This document shows positions 49,415-58,940 of a stretch of 64,000 bases of DNA, piece by piece. Position 1 is the first letter of the stretch, and the number at the start of each line of letters is the position of its first letter. The DNA lies in the NCBI GenBank assembly GCA_043808015.1, contig JAZDFI010000029.1, positions 32,001-96,000 of the forward strand, written 5' to 3'. Position numbers and translations under genes: made by a program. A model generated the notes under the pieces. It was not told the DNA's origin. It made no database searches and was given only the letters and a program-made list of their open reading frames with translations. The DNA is from Candidatus Aenigmatarchaeota archaeon (GTDB lineage: Archaea > Aenigmatarchaeota > Aenigmatarchaeia > QMZP01 > QMZT01).

Positions 49415-50338
49415 TTAATCTCTGCCGACGACCTCAATGCTGGTCGAGGCGTCCACGAAATAGTCATACCCGGCTTCGAAGCTGAGACTCTTTTGCACGA
49501 AGCCCGTCGTCTGCCCGACATTTATTCTGACCTCGCATGTCACGGTCCTGCTCTGCCCCTTCCACAAATCAACTTCCATCTTCCCTGTTTGAAGGTCGCA
49601 CGATTCCAGTGTAGCTGTCCCTTTTTCGTTTTCGAACGTCAGTATTATTTTATTCCAGCTTTTGGGGTCGCTGCATTTGAGGCACGCTATGCCGCCGCCG
49701 TTATTCTGAAGGTTTATGTTTATGGGGAACGTTACTGTGTTTTCCCCCTCCCAGTATCTTATCGGGCCGTTGACCACGACGTCGAGCTGCACCGGACCTT
49801 CTGTCGTGCTTACTGTCTCGCTGGGTAACGCACCCCCCTGGGTTTGCAGTGCCCTGAGTTCGTTCTGCGATGCTATGTTTATTGATTTTATCGTGGTCGT
49901 CCTGTAAAGATAATAAAGTCTTAGGCTTGGATTGAATGTAACGCTGAGGCCTTTTGGTATGTCATCTGGCGCTTTGCAATTCCATATGCATGTTTTTGAT
50001 TCGCCTTCGGTACCTCTGTCCGCGTCTTTGGCAAGCATTTTTATCGTCTCGCCGCAGCCGTTTGCGCACGATATGGCTATATTCACACCATTCAAATCTT
50101 TATCGATGTTGTAGAGTTCTGGCATGATAAAATCCGCATCCACGGAGCCGGTATTTTTGGCTTTCATCTGCAGCTTGAACGTCTCGCCTGCGTATATTTT
50201 CTGGAAATCCGATTCAAAATTTTCTATGACGATGCCCTGGCCGCTGGACGTCTGGCCACCGAAACTTGTGCAACCGGAAGAAAAAACGACGATGAACAAA
50301 GCTAATACTGGCACCAGAGCGCATATTTTGCTATTCAT
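49415..50338 (-). CDS. Putative lipoprotein, beta-sandwich surface family, paralog 1
   Basis: Signal ending SSGC; shared motifs KNTG, R.YY.Y, ELR, GPV, N.GGG, TC, Y.Y. Confidence 0.75.
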   Translation of the reverse strand: MNSKICALVPVLALFIVVFSSGCTSFGGQTSSGQGIVIENFESDFQKIYAGETFKLQMKAKNTGSVDADFIMPELYNIDKDLNGVNIAISCANGCGETIKMLAKDADRGTEGESKTCIWNCKAPDDIPKGLSVTFNPSLRLYYLYRTTTIKSINIASQNELRALQTQGGALPSETVSTTEGPVQLDVVVNGPIRYWEGENTVTFPININLQNNGGGIACLKCSDPKSWNKIILTFENEKGTATLESCDLQTGKMEVDLWKGQSRTVTCEVRINVGQTTGFVQKSLSFEAGYDYFVDASTSIEVVGRD

Positions 50339-50370
50339 GATTATAACATACCGAAGAACACTTTTATTTG

Positions 50371-51375
50371 TTAGGACGTCGTTTTTGGTGTCATCGGTTC
50401 CGAAGACGGGTAAACAACCACGCCAGTTGTCTTGTCTATGAAATATCCGTATTCGGCGGTCGCCTCTATTTGTCTTTGCGAAATACCAACCTGGCCGGCA
50501 ACATTCGCTTTAAGCTTGCATGAAAAAGTCTGCGGGTCGTTACCCACAAAAGTTATCGTAGTCTCAGCGCAAGACTGGTCGGAAAAGCTGAGCTGGTCAT
50601 TCAGATATATTTTTACGATGACCGTGTTCCAGTTGTCATTTTCACCGAGGCCGGACGGGTTCTTCTTTTTGCAGTCGTAGCTGTTAAGCTTGCATACCGT
50701 TCCGCCGCCGATGTTTTTAACCGTGAAAACGACCGGGAATTCCACTTCATCGACGTATGTCCTGATGGGCGTCGCGGTTTCTATATCAACTGAAATCGGC
50801 GAGTTTGTTTTGGAATACGATTCTGATGGCACGGATTTACCCTGTTGCTCGAGCGCTTTCAACTCTTCCCTGGAAGCGATCGTGATGGTTTTGACTGTGG
50901 ATGATTTGTATGAATAATAAAATCTCACCCTTGGGTTGGCGGTTATACTGAGTCCGGATTCGACATCCGGGGTCTTGTATTTCCAGGTGCATACCGTCTC
51001 GCCTCCAGTCGTCCCGCGTTCCGCGTCCGCTGGTAAGAGTGTGATTTTTCTCGTATCATAGCGGCAGTTCTGTTCGACCGGATAAACTTCACCCACATTC
51101 CCACGGTCGTCTGTCCAGACCTGGTCGATGCCAAGGACCTCGGCAAAGCCTTCTTGCAATGTGAGCGAACCAGTGTTCTTGACTTTCATTCTGAAAGTCA
51201 CTTCCTCACCCGAATGCACGTTCGCATAGTCCGGGCTGAATTCTTCAATGATAGCTCCAGTCTGGGCAGGTGTGTTTGAGTTGAACGGGTCAGATCCCAA
51301 AAAAGGTATTGTGCAGCCAGATGCTGCTACGACAAGCAGAATTGGCAAAACAGCGATATAGTTTTTGTATTGCAT
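50371..51375 (-). CDS. Putative lipoprotein, paralog 2
   Basis: Signal ending ASGC; same motif series. Confidence 0.75.
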   Translation of the reverse strand: MQYKNYIAVLPILLVVAASGCTIPFLGSDPFNSNTPAQTGAIIEEFSPDYANVHSGEEVTFRMKVKNTGSLTLQEGFAEVLGIDQVWTDDRGNVGEVYPVEQNCRYDTRKITLLPADAERGTTGGETVCTWKYKTPDVESGLSITANPRVRFYYSYKSSTVKTITIASREELKALEQQGKSVPSESYSKTNSPISVDIETATPIRTYVDEVEFPVVFTVKNIGGGTVCKLNSYDCKKKNPSGLGENDNWNTVIVKIYLNDQLSFSDQSCAETTITFVGNDPQTFSCKLKANVAGQVGISQRQIEATAEYGYFIDKTTGVVVYPSSEPMTPKTTS

Positions 51376-51418
51376 GTTATATAATTTGAAAAAAACAAAT
51401 AAAAAAGGATAAAGTCGG

Positions 51419-52381
51419 TTAAAACTCTTCCGTGCCCTTTACTGTCAGCTGCGTAACCCCATCTACGGAGTATATGTAGCCGATGTGGACTTTGAATTCT
51501 CCGGATGTCCTGCTGGAAGGCGGGTCGAGAATGCTGAACTCGCACGTGACGTCTGTCGACTTGCCGTTCCAAAGTGTCACGAACGTTCCTGCCGGCTGCT
51601 GTAGACCCATGGGCACGTCGTTGTAAAGAGGCGCTATCCACTGCGTCTGAGACGGGCAGTAACCGCCTACGGGTATGACCCACTGCGGCCACTCGACCGA
51701 TATCGCTACCGGATAATCTTCTCCTCTCACCTGTCCGCCGCCCACGTTGTCGAGCTTTATCTGCAGCTGGAACTTCGAGTCCTTGAATTCATTAGCCTTC
51801 ACGAAATTTCCTGTCGTAACTGTCACTGAGACCGGGCCGTTTGATTGTGTCTGCGCTTCGCTTGAAAGGGCATCTCCGGACTGGACTATCCTTCTGAGTT
51901 CTTCGGACGTGACGAACCAAACCGGCTTCCTCACGTTGGTCTCATATGGATAGAAGACTCTCGCCCTGAGCTCGTATGATTTGTCATTTCCTCTTTTGAG
52001 CATCGGTGCGATGAGCTGCCAGTTCGCCTTGCCAAGTCCGCCCTGTGTCTGGGAATCGGTATCGGGCATGAGCAGTGAACCGAGGTCCACGACCATCGAG
52101 GGCGTAACGCCCCATTCGACTGGGTCGATGGACATGAGCTCAGCAATTACGGGCACTCCGTTGCCCAGCTGGCCGTTGTAGCCGCCCTGGTTTCTGACTT
52201 CTAATTGCAGCCCAACTCTTTCTCCGGAATCTATACTATCAAGCGATGTTTTGAATGTTTCTATTGCTAATCCTGGCCCTCCTGTGCTGACGTTATTCCC
52301 TCCAATACAACCGGAAATTGGCACTATTGCTATTACGCATAACAGCAAAAGGAATTTCGCATATCTGAATGTGTCGGCCAT
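51419..52381 (-). CDS. Putative lipoprotein, paralog 3
   Basis: Signal ending ISGC; same motif series. Confidence 0.75.
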   Translation of the reverse strand: MADTFRYAKFLLLLCVIAIVPISGCIGGNNVSTGGPGLAIETFKTSLDSIDSGERVGLQLEVRNQGGYNGQLGNGVPVIAELMSIDPVEWGVTPSMVVDLGSLLMPDTDSQTQGGLGKANWQLIAPMLKRGNDKSYELRARVFYPYETNVRKPVWFVTSEELRRIVQSGDALSSEAQTQSNGPVSVTVTTGNFVKANEFKDSKFQLQIKLDNVGGGQVRGEDYPVAISVEWPQWVIPVGGYCPSQTQWIAPLYNDVPMGLQQPAGTFVTLWNGKSTDVTCEFSILDPPSSRTSGEFKVHIGYIYSVDGVTQLTVKGTEEF

Positions 52382-52415
52382 ATTTATTTTATGCAAGATT
52401 AGGCTTTTATACCTT

Positions 52416-53576
52416 TCAGAGCTTCACGGTCGGCTGAACCGTGAGCGTGAGCTCTTTTGTGAACTTGTAGAAATAGCCGATTTCTGCCTTTATCTGGTAC
52501 GTGGTCTCCTGTTTGAGGTCCCCGGTATTAGCAAGCGTTATGGAGCAGGAGTATTTGGGCGTTTCTGTGCCTATGAAATTAAGGCTGTATTTAGCCGAGT
52601 CCGTAGCAGTCGCTATGTGTTTTTTTATACAATCCTCTATTGGCTTTTTTGATTCCGTTGCACCTGCGTTATCCTTGACAATAGCATCTATTCTTTCCTG
52701 CGCACCGCCTGATTGCATGCTTGTTATTTTGAGGCACATCTGCTGTGGTCCTATGGCATTACTTGCCGGTTTATCGGGGCATGATGCCGTTCCTGTAACC
52801 ACATTAACGTTGCCGTCTTTGGATGCCTTCAGGTCCATTATACCGCCGCCCTTGTTTTCAACCCAGAAGCTCATGATGCCACCACCAACTGCTCTTATGT
52901 CATTTTTCGCTCCATCACTGGCGTCTATGATCAGCGGCTGGCTAAGGACTTCTATGTATGGTTTCACCGGACCCTCGCCAACCACAAGCGTTCCAGTCTC
53001 GGAGAAGCTTTTGCCCTCGTTGACCAGGCGCTCGACTTCAGCCTTGTTGACGAACGTCACCGAACCCGAAGCGTAAGTCTTGTAATAGTATCTTGCCATG
53101 ACGCCTATCTTGCAGGGCGTTTCGACATTGATATCTTTCGCCGTAAGCTTCCATTCAACCAGCGTTGTCGACTGCGGGTACATCTTCACCGTGCAGGAGC
53201 TGTAGCCGTTAATGTCGCTGCTTTCCCAGCCATTTGTTTTTCCGCTGCACGATTCTCCTTGGACCGTGAACATGCCGCACGTGTTGTAAAGGCCTATCTC
53301 CACCTCGTCAATCGCGCTGTATTCCGGTTTTTGCAGGTCTTTCGCCACAGCTCGCAGGCGTATGGACTGGCCGGAGCGCACGGTCGCCGATGGTATCGCG
53401 TCCAGGCGCTCTATGGATATGACGTCATGCCTCTGTTCCTGCACGTTCATGCCTCCGCCGAAAAGGCTAAGTATGTCAGACAAGAAAGGTATATCGCTGC
53501 CGAGTCCGGATGACGTACATCCTGAGCTGAAAACTATCAGAAGCAGCGCAGCAATGGCAAAGGCCTGGTTTTTCAT
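52416..53576 (-). CDS. Putative lipoprotein, paralog 4
   Basis: Start MKNQAF (53576), signal ending SSGC; same motif series with insertions. Confidence 0.75.
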   Translation of the reverse strand: MKNQAFAIAALLLIVFSSGCTSSGLGSDIPFLSDILSLFGGGMNVQEQRHDVISIERLDAIPSATVRSGQSIRLRAVAKDLQKPEYSAIDEVEIGLYNTCGMFTVQGESCSGKTNGWESSDINGYSSCTVKMYPQSTTLVEWKLTAKDINVETPCKIGVMARYYYKTYASGSVTFVNKAEVERLVNEGKSFSETGTLVVGEGPVKPYIEVLSQPLIIDASDGAKNDIRAVGGGIMSFWVENKGGGIMDLKASKDGNVNVVTGTASCPDKPASNAIGPQQMCLKITSMQSGGAQERIDAIVKDNAGATESKKPIEDCIKKHIATATDSAKYSLNFIGTETPKYSCSITLANTGDLKQETTYQIKAEIGYFYKFTKELTLTVQPTVKL

Positions 53577-53634
53577 AATACTATATTTAACGGTCGAGCA
53601 TTTATTTTTATTGACAGCGCTAAAAGTATAGATT

Positions 53635-54108
53635 ATGAAGGGCCAGCTGGTTTTCGAGTTCATAATCGCGGGTCTTATATTTTTCATGATATTGATTTAT
53701 ACGATAAATTACCTCAGCGTCAACGTGTCGGACTACAGGAGCAAATTCTACCAGAGCAGGATGCAGAGCAAGGCTATCCAGGTTTCGGAGATTCTCATGG
53801 CCGGCCAGTCGAATCTTAGCATCGCTGACGGGAACGGATTCAATAAAACAAAAATCGGTTTTTTCAACTCGACATACTGCGGCCTTTACAATTACACAAA
53901 ACTCGCCAAGGATTTTTACATGTATGAAAATCTGAATTATGCCATCGTGCCGAATGACATCAGGATAGAGCTGATGATTCCGTCGAGCGGCGAGATTATT
54001 CTTAACTGCGGCAGTGCCAATACACCGCGCAACGTGACGAGAGCTGAAATTGGCAGGGTTGGCATCTACGATGGACAGGCTGCAAAACTTAGCATTATCG
54101 TATGGTGA
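53635..54108 (+). CDS. Pilin-like protein with class III signal (Q+1, E+5)
   Basis: MKG/QLVFEFIIAGLIFFMILIY. Confidence 0.75.
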   Translation: MKGQLVFEFIIAGLIFFMILIYTINYLSVNVSDYRSKFYQSRMQSKAIQVSEILMAGQSNLSIADGNGFNKTKIGFFNSTYCGLYNYTKLAKDFYMYENLNYAIVPNDIRIELMIPSSGEIILNCGSANTPRNVTRAEIGRVGIYDGQAAKLSIIVW

Positions 54109-54152
54109 CTGCCGACTGGACGGGTTTAAATTATAAGAGATAATGTATTATC

Positions 54153-54794
54153 ATGAAAGTCATTGTGGTGGGCGGCGGCAGAATTGGCGAAGCGCTTTCC
54201 AGGGTTCTCGCCAAGGAGCGGCATGACGTGGTTCTCATAGAAAAAAACGAGCGCGTCGCCGAAGAGCTGGCCGATAATCTCGATGCGCTTGTGTTGCATG
54301 GCGACGGCTCGGATAAAAACCTGCTGAGAGATGCCAACATAAGCTCGACTGATGTTGTGATAGCAGCGACTAATGATGATCATGCGAATGTCATTGTGTG
54401 CACCACCGCGAAAGACGCGAAAGTCCCGACTGTCGTCGCCAGGATAAACCAGCGTGAAAACGAAAAGGATTTTTCAAAAGTTGGCGTGGAAAGCCTGGTT
54501 GACGCGACATCGACGGCTGTGCTCGCATTCAAAAAAGCCATTGAGAGGCCCGGCCGGCCAATAGTGGGCTTCGTCGCCGGCGGCAGGGCTGAAGTGTTCG
54601 AAATCGCCGTGAAAAAAGAATCGAAGTTGGCCGGCAAAGCCATTGGCGAAATCGCAAAAGACTTCTCAGTTGCATGCGTCTTCCGCGAAGATAAATTTCA
54701 TCTTCCAAAATCAGACATGAAAATCAGGGAAGGCGACATCCTGACTGTTTGCGCGCCGGTTGATGAAGTCAAAAAAATAGAAGCTGTGTTTTAA
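54153..54794 (+). CDS. trkA: TrkA family potassium-uptake regulatory (RCK) protein
   Basis: VVGGGRIG Rossmann motif, GDG, T.DD..N, TrkA-C domain. Confidence 0.9.
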   Translation: MKVIVVGGGRIGEALSRVLAKERHDVVLIEKNERVAEELADNLDALVLHGDGSDKNLLRDANISSTDVVIAATNDDHANVIVCTTAKDAKVPTVVARINQRENEKDFSKVGVESLVDATSTAVLAFKKAIERPGRPIVGFVAGGRAEVFEIAVKKESKLAGKAIGEIAKDFSVACVFREDKFHLPKSDMKIREGDILTVCAPVDEVKKIEAVF

Positions 54795-56125
54795 ATTTTG
54801 TTTTTGAAATTTTTGGTAAAACTTTTCATGACGTCCGTCAGGTCCGGCTTGCCTTTTTCTTCGAGGCGGTATGTTACACGGGCCACTGGCTTGTTTACCT
54901 TTATCAGTCTCGTGAGGTCGAACGGCGTCGCGATGATGACTGAGTCGCAGGGTATTTTGTTAATCGTTTCTTCCAGTTCGCTGGTCTGATGCTCGCCGTA
55001 GCCGAGCGCCGGCAGCACGTCGGAAATCTGTTTGTATTTCTCGTATGCCTCTTTTATGGTGCCGATGGCGTATTGCTTCGGCTTGACGATGGACTTCGCT
55101 CCGAATTTCCGGGCCGCGACCCAACCAGCGCCGTAGGCCATTTCTCCATGTGTGAGCGTCGGGCCGTCTTCCACGACGAGCACGTTCTTGCCCTTTATTT
55201 TCGCCGGGTCGTCAGTCGAGACTTCCGAGTCCGCGTGCATTATTTTAGCCGCGGGGTTGACTTTCTTTACGTCTTCAAGCACCTTTTGAATGTTTTCAGG
55301 CTTTGCCGTGTTTTCCTTGTTTATTATAACAATGTTTGCCATGCGCAGGTTGGTTTCGCCTGGGTAATACGCGAGCTCATGCCCCGCACGATGCGGGTCC
55401 GTTACGACGATGTGCAGGTCCGGCTTGTAAAAAGGCGTGTCGTTGTTGCCGCCGTCCCATAGTATGATGTCGGCTTCCTTCTCGGCCGCCCGCAGAATCG
55501 CTTCGTAGTCCACGCCGGCATAAACCACGATGCCGTTCGCGATGTGCTGCTCGTATTCTTCCCGCTCTTCGATGGTGCACTCGTTTTTTGCGAGGTCGTC
55601 ATACGAAGCGAAGCGCTGGCATGCCTGTTTTCTCAGGTCGCCATAAGGCATTGGATGACGAATCACGACGACTTTGCGGCCCATGCCTTTCAGTATCATG
55701 GAAATTTTGCGCGTGGTCTGCGATTTGCCGCAGCCTGTCCTTACCGCGCATATGGAAATGACCGGTTTTCTGGACGGCAGCATCGTCTGTGACGCGCCAA
55801 GCATCATGAAATTGGCGCCGGACGCATTCGCAATGCTGGCCTTGTGCATCACTTCAACGAAAGACAGGTCGGAATAAGAAAGGACCACAGTGTCCGCGCT
55901 GTATTTTTTTATGAGATTCGGAAGGTCTTTCTCGTCGAATATCTGTATGCCTTTTGGATAAAGCCTTCCGGCGAGCTCTTTGGGGTACATTCTCCCAGAT
56001 ATGTCAGGTATCTGCGCTGCCGTAAAACAAACCACGTTGTATTTTTTGTTGTTGCGGAAGAAGACGTTGAAGTTGTGGAAGTCGCGGCCTGCGGCTCCCA
56101 ATATTATTACGTTACTTCTTGCCAT
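54791..56125 (-). CDS. ArcE-like arginine synthetase (cDPG-synthetase-related P-loop family)
   Basis: ILGAAGRDFHNFN, FTA.QIP.I.GR.YP, AVRTGCGKS, RHPMPYG, TIEEREEYE, WDGGNND, VEDGPTLTHG. Confidence 0.75.
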   Translation of the reverse strand: MARSNVIILGAAGRDFHNFNVFFRNNKKYNVVCFTAAQIPDISGRMYPKELAGRLYPKGIQIFDEKDLPNLIKKYSADTVVLSYSDLSFVEVMHKASIANASGANFMMLGASQTMLPSRKPVISICAVRTGCGKSQTTRKISMILKGMGRKVVVIRHPMPYGDLRKQACQRFASYDDLAKNECTIEEREEYEQHIANGIVVYAGVDYEAILRAAEKEADIILWDGGNNDTPFYKPDLHIVVTDPHRAGHELAYYPGETNLRMANIVIINKENTAKPENIQKVLEDVKKVNPAAKIMHADSEVSTDDPAKIKGKNVLVVEDGPTLTHGEMAYGAGWVAARKFGAKSIVKPKQYAIGTIKEAYEKYKQISDVLPALGYGEHQTSELEETINKIPCDSVIIATPFDLTRLIKVNKPVARVTYRLEEKGKPDLTDVMKSFTKNFKNKI

Positions 56126-57512
56126 TTTTCTTGCGCTTTTTATCATTTTTCGTTTCTGTGCCGAATTCATAAAGAACCTTCATAGCTTTTGCAGCGCTCT
56201 GCGGGTATGAAAATGTCGGGATGCCTATGTCTTCCAGCGTTTTCTTCAGGACTTCCGTGTAGTCGCCTCCCGCTGAAATCACGAATATGGGCTTTTGGCT
56301 TGTTTTGAAAGCGTTTATTATCGTGTCCACGATTTCTCCACCGAGTCTCGGCACCTGGAGAAGGACTATGAGGCCTATCATATCGACATTCGGATCTTCT
56401 ATCGCCGCGGTAATCGCATGCTGGTATCGCTCCGAATCCGCGTCTCCTGTGAGGTCGATCGGATTTTTCAGTACCACATAAGCCGGCATTTTTTTGCGCA
56501 TCTCTTCTATTTTTTCTTCCGTCATCGCCGCCAGAGAAAGGCCGTCTTTTATGATGTTGTCCGTGAGCAGGACACCAAATCCGCCGCCGTCCGTTATTAT
56601 CTGCACCCTGTGACCTTTAGGTTTCGGCAGCGTTGAAAGCGTGCGTGCATAATCGAAAAGTTCTTCCATATCATTCGCCTGTATGATGCCTGCCTGCTTG
56701 AAAGCGGCCGAATAAACTTCAAACGAGCCGGCGAGCGAGCCTGTGTGAGACGAGACGGCTTTCGTTCCAGCCGACGTGGTTCCGCCTTTTAGGACGATTA
56801 TCGGTTTTATGCCGGCGAACTTGCGCGTTATTTCGAAGAACTTCCTACCCTCTTTCACGCCTTCGAAATATGCGCATATGACTTTCGTCTTCTTGTCGTT
56901 TATCAGGTATTCTATAAGATCCGCTTCGTCCACATCGGAAGCGTTGCCATAAGAGATGAACTTGGCCATCTTGTATCCCTTTCTGGCCATCCAGTCGATA
57001 ACGACGGAGCCAACCGCGCCGGACTGCGTTATGAATGATATTTCTCCGCCTTTGGGCCTGGCGAGCTTATAACGGGGGAGGAATACCGTGTCGACTCCGC
57101 TGTCCGGATCGAAAACTCCAAGGCAGTTCGGGCCGATGACCCTTATCTTATGTTTTTTGGCGATGACGCTGAGCTTTTTCTCAAGTTCGACGTTGCCTAT
57201 CTCCTTGAAACCGCCTGTGATTATTATCACGTTTTTTATACCTTTTCTGCCACATTCTTCCAGCGCCTTCGGAACGAGTTCGGCCGGGATTGAAATGACT
57301 GCCATGTCCACTCGCTCTCGTATTTTTGTGACGCTTGGGTAGCATTTGAGGCCGAGAATCTGGCTCGTGTTGGGGTTTACGGGGAACACTTTGCCCTTGT
57401 AATCGCCTTCGACCATGTTGCGCATGACCACGTGGCCTATTTTGCTCTGGTCCCTGGACGCGCCGATGATGGCGATTGATTTTGGAACGAAAAACCCGTC
57501 AAGACTTCCCAC
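56112..57512 (-). CDS. acdA: ADP-forming acetate/acyl-CoA ligase alpha subunit
   Basis: PKSIAIIGAS, GPNCLG, QSGA, SHTGSLAG phospho-His, NPIDLTGDA. Confidence 0.93.
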   Translation of the reverse strand: MGSLDGFFVPKSIAIIGASRDQSKIGHVVMRNMVEGDYKGKVFPVNPNTSQILGLKCYPSVTKIRERVDMAVISIPAELVPKALEECGRKGIKNVIIITGGFKEIGNVELEKKLSVIAKKHKIRVIGPNCLGVFDPDSGVDTVFLPRYKLARPKGGEISFITQSGAVGSVVIDWMARKGYKMAKFISYGNASDVDEADLIEYLINDKKTKVICAYFEGVKEGRKFFEITRKFAGIKPIIVLKGGTTSAGTKAVSSHTGSLAGSFEVYSAAFKQAGIIQANDMEELFDYARTLSTLPKPKGHRVQIITDGGGFGVLLTDNIIKDGLSLAAMTEEKIEEMRKKMPAYVVLKNPIDLTGDADSERYQHAITAAIEDPNVDMIGLIVLLQVPRLGGEIVDTIINAFKTSQKPIFVISAGGDYTEVLKKTLEDIGIPTFSYPQSAAKAMKVLYEFGTETKNDKKRKKNGKK

Positions 57513-57555
57513 ACTTTCCCCTCAGAGATATTATTGACGAAGATAATATATTATT

Positions 57556-58761
57556 ATGCTAAGAAAAGTGATTTCACGCAAGATAATCGCCGAGCGCGAA
57601 GAAGAGCTGCCGCTTTCGACTATGGGCGAGCTCATAAAAATTGCCGAAGAGAACAAGGGAATAATTTCCCTGGGCCCGGGCGAGCCGGATTTTAGGACCC
57701 CAAAGCACATAATCGATTTCGCATGCAAGAAGCTGCGTGAAGGCTATACTCACTATTCGCCGCCGGCAGGCAGGCACAGCCTGCGCGAGGCAATAGCCAA
57801 AAAGCTCAGGAGGGACAACAAGATTGACGTTTCCCCAGACCAGGTCATAGTCACGGTCGGCTCCACCGAAGCGATATTGCTGGCTCTCATGTGCACGACC
57901 GATCCGGGCGAGGGTGTACTTCTGCCGGATCCCGGGTTCCTTGCATACAGGCCGATCGTCGAGACGCTCAGCGGCATGCCTCTCAACATTCCTCACCACG
58001 AAGATGCTGGATTCCAATTCGAGGTGGAGGAGGCAGAGAAAGCTATATTACCGGAAAAGACGAATGTTTTGATAATAAATTCGCCGTCGAACCCGACTGG
58101 TGTGGTTTACAGAAAGAAGACGCTCGAGAAGATAGCTGACTTTGCATGCGAACACGACCTGCTCATTGTATCAGATGAGGCGTATGAAAAGCTTGTTTAC
58201 GGCGGCGAGAAACACGTGTCCATAGGCTCGTTTAACGGCATGGAAAACCGCGTTCTGACGCTGCACACGTTTTCGAAGACGTATGCCATGCCTGGTTTCA
58301 GGGTTGGTTATGCCGCCGGGCCTGAATGCCTGATAAACGCCATGAAGAAGCTGCATCTGTACACGACGGTCTGCGCGCCCACGGTTTCACAGGAGGCCGC
58401 CTTAGCCGCGCTCAAAGGACCGCAGGTTTGTGTTTCCAAAATGGTAAAGGAGTATGACCGCCGCAGGAAACTGATAACAGAACGCTTGAACAACATCCCG
58501 GGTATTTCATGCATCGAACCAAAGGGCGCGTTCTACGCGTTCCCCAATATAAGCAGTTTTGGTATGAAATCCTTTGATTTTACAATATGGTTGCTGAAAA
58601 ACGCGCGCGTCGCTACCACACCCGGTACAGAATTTGGTAAGCTGGGCGAGGGTTATGTGCGTTGCTCTTTTGCAACATCTTATGAAAAAATAAACACCGC
58701 CATGGACCGGGTTGAAAAGGCAACCAAGGTACTGAATAAAAAGAAGAAAAAGACCCGGTGA
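57556..58761 (+). CDS. Class I/II PLP-dependent aminotransferase (AspAT-like)
   Basis: GEPDF, NSPSNPTG, SDEAYE, FSKTYAMPGFRVG. Confidence 0.94.
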   Translation: MLRKVISRKIIAEREEELPLSTMGELIKIAEENKGIISLGPGEPDFRTPKHIIDFACKKLREGYTHYSPPAGRHSLREAIAKKLRRDNKIDVSPDQVIVTVGSTEAILLALMCTTDPGEGVLLPDPGFLAYRPIVETLSGMPLNIPHHEDAGFQFEVEEAEKAILPEKTNVLIINSPSNPTGVVYRKKTLEKIADFACEHDLLIVSDEAYEKLVYGGEKHVSIGSFNGMENRVLTLHTFSKTYAMPGFRVGYAAGPECLINAMKKLHLYTTVCAPTVSQEAALAALKGPQVCVSKMVKEYDRRRKLITERLNNIPGISCIEPKGAFYAFPNISSFGMKSFDFTIWLLKNARVATTPGTEFGKLGEGYVRCSFATSYEKINTAMDRVEKATKVLNKKKKKTR

Positions 58762-58940
58762 CCTTTCTTTCCTGTGGAGGTTTGTTTTTTTATACCAAAG
58801 CTAATTTTGTTCGTAACTATTGTTGTTATAACAATGTTATATATTTCCATAAGAAATCTAAAGGTCTTTCCATGAGAAATGATGGTGTCATGGTATTGGA
58901 AAAGAAAAGGCATTTAAACCCCAGTTTCAAATGGAAAAGC
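58762..58940. other. Candidate replication origin (ORB-like boxes plus AT-rich tract) upstream of cdc6
   Basis: TTCCTGTGGAGG 58769, TTCCATAAGAAAT 58845, TTCCATGAGAAAT 58868, inverted TTTCCATTTGAAACTGGGG 58919-58937. Confidence 0.65.

Noticed and set aside
54791-56170. Cyclic 2,3-diphosphoglycerate synthetase call
   Set aside because: The GAAGRDFHNFN N-terminus fits the ArcE-like branch and no 2-phosphoglycerate kinase is adjacent; left open for phylogeny
58758-58940. 61-aa N-terminal extension of Cdc6 in the ORF track
   Set aside because: AT-rich region with ORB-like boxes; Cdc6-like sequence starts at ATG 58941
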